NCBI GenBank assembly: GCA_048885925.1
Contig: JBHLLG010000001.1
Coordinates: 259,105-323,104 of the forward strand
DNA: 64,000 nucleotides
Reading direction: 5' to 3'
DNA from: Candidatus Hermodarchaeota archaeon
GTDB taxonomy: Archaea; Asgardarchaeota; Lokiarchaeia; Sigyniarchaeales; SOKP01
Shown here: one piece after another, positions 50,303 to 60,489 of the stretch
How the letters are laid out: every line of letters begins with the position of its first letter
How positions within the stretch are numbered: position 1 is the first letter of the stretch
The notes under the pieces: model-generated
Seen by the model: the letters and a program-made list of their open reading frames with translations, nothing else
The model's database searches: none
What the model was told of the DNA's origin: nothing
Made by a program: the position numbers and the translations under genes

Positions 50303-51160
50303 ATGGAACAAGAGATAATTGATATAAAGCTGAAAAATCTAATTCAAGTGTGTAAGGAAACACAAAATTTTAAAAAATTAGCTGTAGTAAGTTTTGTTCT
50401 CACAGATAATACTATTGAAAAAATAGGAATTAATCTTGGGTTGAGACCTCGTAATAGATCCTCAGGAGAAAAAGTGTATGAATATATGGAGTTGATTAAC
50501 ACTTTTCTTCTTAAAAATTTAAATATTACTGTTTTTCGCGAAGAGTGGATAGAGACAGTGAAGGATTACGAAATATTATTTCTTAGAAGCAAGGGAAGAC
50601 TTCCCCATGATTATATTAAGATGATGTTTATCCTATATTACGAATTACGAAAATTGGATGTCCCAAATGTCTATAAAACTATAAAATCTGATGATTTTTT
50701 TTGTTATTCTGAAGTAGGATTGTACTCTTACTTAACTCCTATGTCAAAAAAAAAGAAAGATCAAAATAATCTTACTCCTCTCATGTTACAAAAACTTCGA
50801 GAAAAGGAGAAAGTTCTTCAAAAAGAATTAAGTTGTGCTTTTAATAGTGAAAAATTAGAAACTATGATACATTTGCACAACGTTAAACAATCCATTTCTC
50901 AAGATAGAAAGGGGAAATTCACGATTCAAGGAACTCTTAAGGATAACCTTAATTATCAATATACTGTAGAGAAAATAGTGGGATATTTTTTTTTAGGATT
51001 AATTGTTTTATTAATAGCTCTGGGAAGTGTTATAATCTATGAAGTAAGTGTACTTCCCTCCTATGTAGGAGTTATAGACCTTTTTGCATTTATTTTTTTT
51101 GGAAGCTCAATTCCTTTAATTTGGGCATATATGAAATATTTAAAAAAACAGAGCGTGTAA
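50303..51160 (+). CDS. Membrane protein, 2 C-terminal TM
   Basis: Operon-coupled ORF. Confidence 0.75.
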   Translation: MEQEIIDIKLKNLIQVCKETQNFKKLAVVSFVLTDNTIEKIGINLGLRPRNRSSGEKVYEYMELINTFLLKNLNITVFREEWIETVKDYEILFLRSKGRLPHDYIKMMFILYYELRKLDVPNVYKTIKSDDFFCYSEVGLYSYLTPMSKKKKDQNNLTPLMLQKLREKEKVLQKELSCAFNSEKLETMIHLHNVKQSISQDRKGKFTIQGTLKDNLNYQYTVEKIVGYFFLGLIVLLIALGSVIIYEVSVLPSYVGVIDLFAFIFFGSSIPLIWAYMKYLKKQSV

Positions 51161-51161
51161 T

Positions 51162-54100
51162 ATGGTAAAAGGTTATGATACAGAAGATGAAATGTTTGAA
51201 ATAAGTACAAGAAAGAAAAAAAAAGTTGTTATTGAAGAGAAAGGGGTTCCAAAACACCGCTTTAGACTTTGGGATGACAACCCCTCCTTTAAGGATATCA
51301 ATACTACCTTTTCATATATCAAATTAGGATTTTTATCTGTTATGGTAATGTTCATTATTATCTCAAGTTACCTGTTATTTGGAAATGTATGGGGGGCGGT
51401 TGGCTTTGGGATTTTTTGTCTTGTAATTTTTATAGGGATATTTCATGAGGAGTTTCATGGCTTGCGATATTTATTCCGCTTTGGTACAACACTAACAATT
51501 AATCTCTTTGAAGATTTTGTATTCTGGTATGAAAAAGAAGCACCAAAAACATTGTATCTCTCCAATAAAAAGGATTTAATCCATATAGCACTTCAGATCT
51601 ACAAAATAACCGTGATACCTGAAAAAATTCATGCTGCAATCGTGAATTTTGTAAGAGCTATGGGGTCAAAAGATATTAGACTCTCCTATTCATATCAAAT
51701 AGTACAAAAACCGATTATCCCTTTAGATTATACGAATATATCCCGGGAGACCGCATTAAAATCACTTCATTCCAAAGAAGCAACCATTTACTTTATTGTC
51801 TTTTACCGTGAAAAAGGATTGCTCACTCAACATAAGATAGATCATATGAACTATTTTATTACAAAATATTCCAATAATCTAAAAAGTAATTTAGTAAGTA
51901 ATTTCCATCATTTTAAGACAAAATGTCTTTCTCGAGATGCTCTCGTTAATGCGATTCGTACTTTTTTTGTGAAAACAGACATTTCTTCGAAACAAAATAA
52001 TACAAAAACTTCTCACCATTATATTAATAAAGCTCATTTTCTGGGAAAACTTTCCATAACTTGTATATTGCTTATTTACATTGATATAGTCTTGTTTACC
52101 ATAAAATTATTTTATGGCTATATCTTGCTTATAAATTCTGTGTTTATTGTATCATTTTTATTTATTTGGTGGAGAGTTGCATTCTTTCAAATAACTAAAC
52201 GAAGGTTGTACCATAATCATAAATATGTAGTGGTAAATCCCTTTAAAAATTTGAGGGTTCATTTTAGTAAGATATATCCTTACACTCTTTTTATTCACAT
52301 TGATCAAAGGGTATTACTCGGAATGAAGATGGTCAACCTAAAACATGTATTTAAATCTCCCTATTGTGATATAGGCAAATTCATTGAAAGTCTCAATAAC
52401 CAAAACGTTTATTTTAGTTATACTCTTCGAAATGGGGCTTTAGAATATTATTATGTCTATAAGTATGGATTAAAACATATGTATGAGAAAGTAAAGAAAA
52501 AGATGTTATTTCATCCATATAAACGAATAAAAAATGAAGAAGATAGCGAAGTATGGTTAGGATATCGCGCCGGGATGTGGTATAGCCTCCTCACGATGTC
52601 TGCTAATATCTACCGCTTTACTTCTAAAATTCATAATGATCTTCTCAGAGAAGTAGAAAATGAGCTGGTGAGACAGATTGATACTTTAAAAGGAGCGTTT
52701 AATGGTAATTCTTACGGATACCAACTTGAAGATTTAAGAGGAGCTACATTACTTTCGGGATTTCTTTTTTCATGTCTAAAATATAACGGATTTCGTCTAA
52801 ATGGGTCTCATCTCAATTATATTATGATGCAAGGAACCACTATGTACTCCTTAACCGCCATTGCTGATATACTAAAAAAAGGAGTAGAAGCAGAAATTCC
52901 TGCTGAATTTAACACTCCTCTCTATCTAGAAAATTTTCTAACAATTGGTTATACGATTAATACAGAGGTTTTAGAATCTGAAGTCCCCGTAGGATTTACT
53001 CATGACCAGATAAAAAACCTATTGATTATCAATGGAGAGACAAAACAACGAGAATTAATATGCCTGAAAATTGTGGCAGAATTAATAAAAGTTCAACTTC
53101 CTTCCCTTATTTTTGATTATTCAGGTATATGGTCTAAATTAATGAGCTATTTTAGATATACCCGTTATGAACAGGATATCTTGTATTTTAAATACAGAAG
53201 CGCCTTTGTTATTGATCCTATCAGTTCCGATATTCCTCATGATAAAAATCAGATTGAGTATATTAACTATATGCTATATGCTTTCGGATTAGCGTTAAAG
53301 AAAGACGATCGTACAATAGAAATGTTCCGAAATATTTTACAAAGACATCCTGATGAGGATCTAAAAACCATAGTAACTTCCCTAAAAAATCAAAGTGAGT
53401 GGGAAAAAAGCCCTATTAGTGATGTATTACTTTCCTTACTCTCTGATTTTTCTCAGGAAGATCTTTCTTATTTTCAGTCAGCTCAAACCAAAGGAATTGT
53501 GCCTAATGATTTTATTCGAAATAACAAGACAGTTATCATCGATTTATCCGCTATTAAAGAGCTTAATAAAAAATCCTATTTAACATTCACAATATTGGCT
53601 AAAATCATTCATTATATTAATCAGGGGGGAAAGTTCTATGAAAAATGTATCATAGTGCCGAATGTTGACAATTTCTTTGATTTTTTTTATCTTGATATAA
53701 AAAGAAATTATGATAAAGTGGATCTGTTTTTGAAGCCTTTATTTGATAATAATTTTGGATTAATTGTTACTGCCAATCAAATTCATTATCTTCATGCCAA
53801 TTTTCTTCTCTATTTTCATAATTATATAACATTGAGGGCAACTGATAATCGAGATGTGAGTATACTGAGGAATATAATGAATTTAAACGAGCTTGAAGGA
53901 ACGGGATATTACTCAGATTCTCGTAAGAATTCATATCAAGTGCTTTACTTAAAAAACCTAAAAGACAATAAAGTATTGATCCGTAGGGATGATATCGCCC
54001 AACTATTTCCGGCATTAATAGCATGGGAAGATCTTGATGAATCCCCTCTTATGTCCTATGTAGAAATTGTGAGACATATGAAAGATCAAGGGTATGATGT

Positions 54101-54989
54101 GCATTTTAGCGAGAAAAAAATATTAGAACATGCCAAGCGAACAATATTCGAAATTGATCTGGATAATTATTATATCTATGTAGAAGAAGTGATTCAATTC
54201 TTAGATTATGTAAAAACTATAGATCAAATGAGTCTTTACAATAAAAATCTTAAGGAGAGTTTAAAAAAAATTATCTATCTAAAACTTTCGAGAGCTAATA
54301 TGAAAAAAGAGCACATGAAAAAGGTACGGGATGGGTTGTTAGATGTATTAATCAAACAAGGATATCTAGTTGAACATCATCCCAGACAGGCAAGTGGTTC
54401 ACAAACAATAAGAACATCATATTGCGTTGGAGAGCGCTATCAACAAGCTTTAAAAGAATATTTTAAGACAAAAGGAAAGGCACAGACTGATATTAATGTT
54501 GAGATCATGGAAAAGGCAACTACGCAGACTCCCCGTCTCACAGATATATTTAAGGTATCCCAACCACCTAGAAAATATATTATCCAAAAAGAGAATCTCC
54601 AACTAGCATTAATGCGTGAATTTAGCCATTTTCATTTTGATATATTTAAAATGTATCGCTATATCAAACATGAAGATTATGCCCAGGTATTAAAGATCGG
54701 ACATGATTTAATTAGTCAATTTTTAACAGGGGTATACAGAGATTATAATAATATGAATGGGGAAGTTACTGCCCCTATTTTTTCACAATTTCTAGAATAT
54801 TTAGTGACCTTCGAGCATTTTCCGTTTACCTTAGCAGAACTTCATAACTATATTGAAAAGTATAAATTAATCGATGTTCAAGCAGGAGGACCATTAGCCA
54901 TAGAAGTATATCAGTTTCTTTACATTTTTTTTATTCGAATTTTAAATTACATTTACAAGGGATATAATAACAATGGAATCAACAAATAA
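51162..54989 (+). CDS. Large membrane-anchored HerA/VirB4-like P-loop protein with degenerate Walker motifs
   Basis: Two TM hairpins; NLLIINGETKQRE at the Walker A position, LIFDYSG, VIIDLS, IIVPNVDN at the Walker B position, GLIVTANQ. Confidence 0.65.
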   Translation: MVKGYDTEDEMFEISTRKKKKVVIEEKGVPKHRFRLWDDNPSFKDINTTFSYIKLGFLSVMVMFIIISSYLLFGNVWGAVGFGIFCLVIFIGIFHEEFHGLRYLFRFGTTLTINLFEDFVFWYEKEAPKTLYLSNKKDLIHIALQIYKITVIPEKIHAAIVNFVRAMGSKDIRLSYSYQIVQKPIIPLDYTNISRETALKSLHSKEATIYFIVFYREKGLLTQHKIDHMNYFITKYSNNLKSNLVSNFHHFKTKCLSRDALVNAIRTFFVKTDISSKQNNTKTSHHYINKAHFLGKLSITCILLIYIDIVLFTIKLFYGYILLINSVFIVSFLFIWWRVAFFQITKRRLYHNHKYVVVNPFKNLRVHFSKIYPYTLFIHIDQRVLLGMKMVNLKHVFKSPYCDIGKFIESLNNQNVYFSYTLRNGALEYYYVYKYGLKHMYEKVKKKMLFHPYKRIKNEEDSEVWLGYRAGMWYSLLTMSANIYRFTSKIHNDLLREVENELVRQIDTLKGAFNGNSYGYQLEDLRGATLLSGFLFSCLKYNGFRLNGSHLNYIMMQGTTMYSLTAIADILKKGVEAEIPAEFNTPLYLENFLTIGYTINTEVLESEVPVGFTHDQIKNLLIINGETKQRELICLKIVAELIKVQLPSLIFDYSGIWSKLMSYFRYTRYEQDILYFKYRSAFVIDPISSDIPHDKNQIEYINYMLYAFGLALKKDDRTIEMFRNILQRHPDEDLKTIVTSLKNQSEWEKSPISDVLLSLLSDFSQEDLSYFQSAQTKGIVPNDFIRNNKTVIIDLSAIKELNKKSYLTFTILAKIIHYINQGGKFYEKCIIVPNVDNFFDFFYLDIKRNYDKVDLFLKPLFDNNFGLIVTANQIHYLHANFLLYFHNYITLRATDNRDVSILRNIMNLNELEGTGYYSDSRKNSYQVLYLKNLKDNKVLIRRDDIAQLFPALIAWEDLDESPLMSYVEIVRHMKDQGYDVHFSEKKILEHAKRTIFEIDLDNYYIYVEEVIQFLDYVKTIDQMSLYNKNLKESLKKIIYLKLSRANMKKEHMKKVRDGLLDVLIKQGYLVEHHPRQASGSQTIRTSYCVGERYQQALKEYFKTKGKAQTDINVEIMEKATTQTPRLTDIFKVSQPPRKYIIQKENLQLALMREFSHFHFDIFKMYRYIKHEDYAQVLKIGHDLISQFLTGVYRDYNNMNGEVTAPIFSQFLEYLVTFEHFPFTLAELHNYIEKYKLIDVQAGGPLAIEVYQFLYIFFIRILNYIYKGYNNNGINK

Positions 54990-55311
54990 ATTCATACATG
55001 AAAATTTGGAAGCGATCTTATTTGATGAAGATCGGCTTACCTCATTAAAAGAAGCCATTCATAAAGTCGCAATGGGAAAACTTTCGACTCGAGCTTTTAA
55101 GGATCTGTTTCTTAAATCTCAAATTCAGTTGTTTGAAAAATTAGTGGATTTTTTTCCTTTCTGTGTTAAAAATATGAATACTGCCCTCTCTTTGGATACG
55201 ATCACAAATCAAAAAGATCTTTCTCCTGAGTTAGAAGAAAAGGATAATGTTATTAAAGAAATTGGAATAAGGATACAAAGAATTTATGAGAAATTAAAAG
55301 AAAAGATATAA
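54973..55311 (+). CDS. Hypothetical protein
   Basis: Overlaps the upstream stop; last gene of the operon. Confidence 0.65.
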   Translation: MESTNKFIHENLEAILFDEDRLTSLKEAIHKVAMGKLSTRAFKDLFLKSQIQLFEKLVDFFPFCVKNMNTALSLDTITNQKDLSPELEEKDNVIKEIGIRIQRIYEKLKEKI

Positions 55312-55483
55312 AAGAATTTTCACAATCTCTTTTTCTCTCTTCAGAATTGGAAAAAACACTATAAAAGGTATTTAAAGAAAAAAAATTGCATCCTATTTCT
55401 TCTTTTTTATTTAAATATACTCGGCAATTTTGATGTTAAATAGGAGTAAGCCTCCCATTTAATACTCAATATAACAAAATTGA

Positions 55484-56767
55484 TTGACCATGTTATCAGT
55501 TTCCTATGATGAAATGTTTATGAACTTCACTCAACAGTTTTTACAGTCATTCGAAAAAATTGCTAATTGTGATTTTCAAGTAGGTACCCATTTTGATTTC
55601 GAAATTGAGGGAAGAACTCAAAAGAAGCGTATCAATCCTCTTATTCGATTAGCGACACCAGAAGATATCGATGAAATTATTTTTACTTATAGAGATATTT
55701 ATGAAGATTCATATCCCTATAAAGAAATGGAAGATCCAGGAGAAATTCGAAGAATGATTAAGAGTCCTAATGTTGAGTGGCTTATTTTTGAGACTTTATC
55801 TGGTGAAATTGTTGGAAGTTTTACCTTTATACTTGACTTTGAGAAAAAACTAGGAAATATTCGAGGATTTGTCATAAAGAAGAAATTCTTAGGAAAAGTT
55901 GATATTATGAAGATGGCTATGGGCTCCATCATCGCCATGTATAAGAAATATAATGATAGAATTTTTCGGTGGTACGGAGAATGCAGAACTGCTCATACCA
56001 AATCTCAACATTTTTGCAGTGCGTTTGGGTTTAAACCTGTTGGTTTCTATCCTTGTAAGGATATTTTCTATAATAAAGTTGAGTCTGACTTATTAATTGT
56101 AAGTTATGACGAAAGGGCTTTGACTACGCTGCGATGTAAAAATACCCCAAAAATTCTTCCTGAAGTTCTTAATGGGTTTTTATATTCTGATAGGCGCTAT
56201 CATTTAGGTTCATGCAAAATTGAAAATTTCAATAATGTTAGTTATAATAATCTCAAAATTAAAAAATTAGGAAAAATGCTTTTGAGAAACATATCAAAAG
56301 ATCGATTTGGCTATGAAACGATTATATTTTCTTTTGATAATTCAGATTCTTACTTTGAATTTTTATATACTCCTACTGTTCAGAATTTTGAAAAAACATC
56401 TTATAAAGTAAATTCGATAGAAGAACTTTATGTATTTGTTAAAGAATTTTTGAAATACGGAAAGCAATATAATATCCGTTATTGCGAAGCTTTTGTCTCT
56501 GCATATAAACCTAATCATCAAAAATTATTTTATGATTTAGGTCTTTATCCACGAGGTTATGTTCCAAGCTGGAATTATAATCATCAAACAAGGAAATTTG
56601 ACGATTTTATCTTATTCAATTGGTATCGGGGAGAGATCGTAGATATTCAGTTGCTCGATGAAGGTAAAGATCTTTTAGATATACTAGGAGTTCAATATTC
56701 CTGTGAATCGCGAAGTATTCAACAGAAACATATGAAATTGTCACATTTATCTCCTTTGAAATTATGA
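55484..56767 (+). CDS. GNAT-fold N-acyltransferase-like protein
   Basis: IRLATPEDIDEI, ECRTAHTKSQ, GFKPVGF, GYVPSW. Confidence 0.65.
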   Translation: MTMLSVSYDEMFMNFTQQFLQSFEKIANCDFQVGTHFDFEIEGRTQKKRINPLIRLATPEDIDEIIFTYRDIYEDSYPYKEMEDPGEIRRMIKSPNVEWLIFETLSGEIVGSFTFILDFEKKLGNIRGFVIKKKFLGKVDIMKMAMGSIIAMYKKYNDRIFRWYGECRTAHTKSQHFCSAFGFKPVGFYPCKDIFYNKVESDLLIVSYDERALTTLRCKNTPKILPEVLNGFLYSDRRYHLGSCKIENFNNVSYNNLKIKKLGKMLLRNISKDRFGYETIIFSFDNSDSYFEFLYTPTVQNFEKTSYKVNSIEELYVFVKEFLKYGKQYNIRYCEAFVSAYKPNHQKLFYDLGLYPRGYVPSWNYNHQTRKFDDFILFNWYRGEIVDIQLLDEGKDLLDILGVQYSCESRSIQQKHMKLSHLSPLKL

Positions 56768-56857
56768 AATCTTAATTAATTCGTATTTTCTTTTAAATTA
56801 ATATACTTTAAATAACCCAAGGCTATAATCATTAAAAAATAGGAGTAATTACTTATA

Positions 56858-57727
56858 TTATTCAACAAACTCTTCCATCTTTAATTCTTTTTTTATTAAG
56901 TAATTTGATTTTTTATAAAGACCAGTAAATATAGTGATGAATATAAATATATCTATTGATTCTGCTATAATGACAAATAAAGAAGATTCACCGACAATAA
57001 ATTGTATTATCGGCCTTAAAATGGATGTGATTAAATAGAAGCCAAATCCAATCATGAGGATAAAGGTGTTAACTTGGGATAATCGTTGATTTCTCCACGC
57101 AAAATTAAACAACCACACAATCGCGATCAATGAAGGAAGAATTGTAATTGGATATATGATGGGAGAATTTTCTATAGTTAAAACAAAAATATCGACAATT
57201 ATTTCAATAGCAACAATTATTATTAAAATCCAGGTTCTAACCGTATTGAGAGTGTTTTCGTTATTCAGTCTTTTGAACCTTTGCCTCAATGAGAGTGAAA
57301 ATAAAATCATAAAAATACTAAGGGACATCATTGGGAGGAGATTTAAGATTGCGATAAGATATCGAGCTTTCATAACAAGGAGCAGTAATTCTTGATCTAA
57401 CTGAAAGTAACTAAAATCAATGAATAAGTCTAATAATTTTCCAAAAATAAGCAGTAAGAAAAAGATACCGAACAGAAAAGGGATATCTGAGAAATATTGT
57501 TTTTCTTGTTTAAACCATCTATAGAAGGTATAGATTGCCATTAAAGAAACAAGAAACACACGAATCCCTATAGTTATGACAATTGTTAAGGTCCCTTCGT
57601 GGGTTTGGTAAGTTTCAACTAAAATAGCCCAATTAAAAATATATAGAAACGAGATAGCAATGATTCCAATTATAATACTACATACCAATAAAGGCAAAAA
57701 AGTTAATTTTATTTTTTGAAAAGTCAT
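56858..57727 (-). CDS. Multi-pass membrane protein (7-8 TM)
   Basis: Hydrophobic ORF. Confidence 0.75.
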   Translation of the reverse strand: MTFQKIKLTFLPLLVCSIIIGIIAISFLYIFNWAILVETYQTHEGTLTIVITIGIRVFLVSLMAIYTFYRWFKQEKQYFSDIPFLFGIFFLLLIFGKLLDLFIDFSYFQLDQELLLLVMKARYLIAILNLLPMMSLSIFMILFSLSLRQRFKRLNNENTLNTVRTWILIIIVAIEIIVDIFVLTIENSPIIYPITILPSLIAIVWLFNFAWRNQRLSQVNTFILMIGFGFYLITSILRPIIQFIVGESSLFVIIAESIDIFIFITIFTGLYKKSNYLIKKELKMEEFVE

Positions 57728-57893
57728 ACACTCTATTTTTCACCTAACTATAAAAATTAATATTTTTTTTAAAAAACAATATTTTAAAGGGCAAAGAAAG
57801 CTATTTCTTGAGTTTTCAAAATTAGACTTTTATTTTTTTCCTTTATATATAATAGGAAAAGAGTAGTATCATAAAATATTTTTAATTTAAAAT

Positions 57894-59042
57894 GTGAATT
57901 TACTGATGCAAGTAGTAGAAAAAATAGATTTAACAACATCGTTTGACCTTGAGGAAATTAGGATTGCATTACAAGACACTCTGTATGTGCCAAATATTTA
58001 TGTAAAAAGCAAAGTAATTGATGAAATTATCCTTTATTTAAAGAAATGTTTTTCCGAACCAGAGTATAAAATGAAACCAATTATTGCATATTATAATGGA
58101 AGGGTCTTAGGATTTGTACTTTGTTGTATTGAACCTCATTATACTAGTTACAGTAGAAAATGTGGTACCTTTGGATGGTTACAAGCAGATTCTTTAGAAA
58201 TTTGTAGGCATTTAATGAGAGAATGTGAGCAATTTATCAAGGAAAATAAAATTAGAAGAATTAGAGGTCCTATTAACTTTCCTAAAAGTATGGGAGGAAT
58301 GGGAATACAATTTTTAGGTTTCCGAGAACAAATGCTTTATGGAGTGGGATTTACAGATCCTCAATCAAAAGTTCTAGAATGCTTAGAGGCTTTAGGATAT
58401 CAGAAAGAATCTGAATATACTTGTGTTTATGTCGCTCAAAGAAGTTGGACAAAAGGAAAAAAAGTCGATAAAAATATTGTTCTTAAATATCTCACTTTGG
58501 ATGAATTGTATAATCATATTGAAGCTATTGAAAATTTGGCTGCGAATTCATTGTATCAAATAATGCCTGACTCCTCGGGAATTAACCGCATTTATGAAGT
58601 CTTTGATGCGTACCGTAAACAACCTAAGTCTTTTTATAAACTCAAGACAGAATTTAACCCAAGAGATTACACAAATATACCAGAGTTTATAGAAGCTTGG
58701 GAAAATTGTGACCTCGAGAAGATTGAAGCTCAACCTACGGCTTTTGATAGAAAGACTGGAGAATTAGTAGGCATTATTTTGACCCTACCTGATTTATTTG
58801 AGACTTGGACTGGAAATCCAATTACTCGTGTGAATGTAGATACCGCAATGATAAAAAAAGGCTATTATGGAAAGGGTATTTTTTCAGCACTTAATAATAT
58901 TGGTCAAATCACGTATAGTCTACGAGGTGCCTATTATTATGAAGGAACATACATATGGTCTAATAACTCACGGGCAATTGACACAATATTTCCCCATTGT
59001 AAACCGATACGAAAACACTATGTAATGCAAAAACGTATTTAA
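57894..59042 (+). CDS. Double-GNAT-fold N-acyltransferase-like protein
   Basis: GTFGW..IRGPINF, YYGKGIFSAL, IWSNNSRAI. Confidence 0.65.
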   Translation: MNLLMQVVEKIDLTTSFDLEEIRIALQDTLYVPNIYVKSKVIDEIILYLKKCFSEPEYKMKPIIAYYNGRVLGFVLCCIEPHYTSYSRKCGTFGWLQADSLEICRHLMRECEQFIKENKIRRIRGPINFPKSMGGMGIQFLGFREQMLYGVGFTDPQSKVLECLEALGYQKESEYTCVYVAQRSWTKGKKVDKNIVLKYLTLDELYNHIEAIENLAANSLYQIMPDSSGINRIYEVFDAYRKQPKSFYKLKTEFNPRDYTNIPEFIEAWENCDLEKIEAQPTAFDRKTGELVGIILTLPDLFETWTGNPITRVNVDTAMIKKGYYGKGIFSALNNIGQITYSLRGAYYYEGTYIWSNNSRAIDTIFPHCKPIRKHYVMQKRI

Positions 59043-59096
59043 TACATAAAATTACAATTTATTTTATTAAACAAAAAAAAATTAGAGATTTTCTTA

Positions 59097-60260
59097 TTAT
59101 ATTGGAATTGTAGGTTGCGCCTGTTTTTTCTTTCGGTACATATCGATATTTTTTCTTATTGAATTTCTATTTGGATCTTTTTCTACTTGAGTATTGATAT
59201 ACTCAACTATTTCTTCTTGAGTAACTCCAATCTGATTGAAAAAGGTATTTACCGCTTCTGTTTTGAATTTGTTTTCAAGAATTAAAGGAGCTACCATTTT
59301 TAATGTTCGCAACCATTTCTTTCGTGACTCTGGATTTTGACGTACCAATTCAGCATATTGACAAGCATATAAGATACCACCGTATCTGTTTAAGTCATAG
59401 AACGTAGCAGCATGGATCACATTGCAATTGGTAAGTAATGGATCAGAATGACCTTTTTTAATATAGTTTTTTGACTCTACTAAGGCAATAATATCTTGTT
59501 CTCGATATGGGATTATGTGGTAAGGAAGTAACACACGAGGAATGATTCCACTCTGTATTTCTTCTGGAGTTAAATACCATCTATGGTCATATTCGTTAAA
59601 AGAAGGATCATTGAAAACTAAGTCTGGCATCCAATTTTCAATAACTTCTTTCTGTGGCATTTCATAGAAATAGCGAAAGGTTTGGTCAGGTGAATAACCA
59701 AATAATACATAAGAAATTTCCCGTTTTATTGCTTCTTTTACTACAATACTATGGATTAAATCAGAACAATGATCACATATGCAACGTGCTAAAAAGGTCT
59801 CATTAGATGTATGATTAAAGAAATGCCATTTATAGAGTTTGGCAAACGTGCTTTTACAATCTTCAATAACCACATGTTCCACCCGAATTCGATCCAATGT
59901 ATCTTTGATATTAGTTTTCGCAATCTCTGTCATAAAACCTGTATCTGAAGTAACAGTTAAAGGAGTTAATCCTATATCATTTACCAGATAATCTAAAAGT
60001 GCTGTTGAGTCCTTTCCTCCGGAATACCCTAAAATGCAATCATATTCTCTTTGACCATGATTTTTTTGCATATCTTTTACCACTAACTCCCAATCTTTTA
60101 GAGCCTTGTTCTTTCTTTCCATAGTAATTATAGTTCGAAAATAATTGACATTTTGATAGGTGGAGTCTGCACAGAAATTACAAAGTCTATCTGAATTCAA
60201 TTTAATTCCCAAAAACCCTTCAGGTAAAATACATTTTTGGCATATATGTTGTTGTATCAT
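59097..60260 (-). CDS. PP-loop N-type ATP pyrophosphatase (N-acetyl sugar amidotransferase-like)
   Basis: CQKC..CNFC N-terminus, YDCILGYSGGKDS, CDHC. Confidence 0.8.
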   Translation of the reverse strand: MIQQHICQKCILPEGFLGIKLNSDRLCNFCADSTYQNVNYFRTIITMERKNKALKDWELVVKDMQKNHGQREYDCILGYSGGKDSTALLDYLVNDIGLTPLTVTSDTGFMTEIAKTNIKDTLDRIRVEHVVIEDCKSTFAKLYKWHFFNHTSNETFLARCICDHCSDLIHSIVVKEAIKREISYVLFGYSPDQTFRYFYEMPQKEVIENWMPDLVFNDPSFNEYDHRWYLTPEEIQSGIIPRVLLPYHIIPYREQDIIALVESKNYIKKGHSDPLLTNCNVIHAATFYDLNRYGGILYACQYAELVRQNPESRKKWLRTLKMVAPLILENKFKTEAVNTFFNQIGVTQEEIVEYINTQVEKDPNRNSIRKNIDMYRKKKQAQPTIPI

Positions 60261-60489
60261 GTAATCACTTTTTAGAAAGTTCTATGATCTAATTAGATAG
60301 TTGTATTTAAAGGAAAAATAAATAAAATCTTTCAATTTCGTTTCAGATTGTAAATTAGACTTTATTAAATAGAATTATGATAAAATAGTCCATATTTTGA
60401 GTAAATTATCTGTGGTTTCTTCCGATGTTATTTGAAGGTTTAAGATAATCTCACTTTCATAAATTTATATTACTTCTACTAATATAAAA

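Noticed and set aside
16358-55311. Provirus or classical conjugative element
   Set aside because: No capsid, terminase, relaxase, intact VirB4/VirD4, replication initiator or att-flanked integrase recognised
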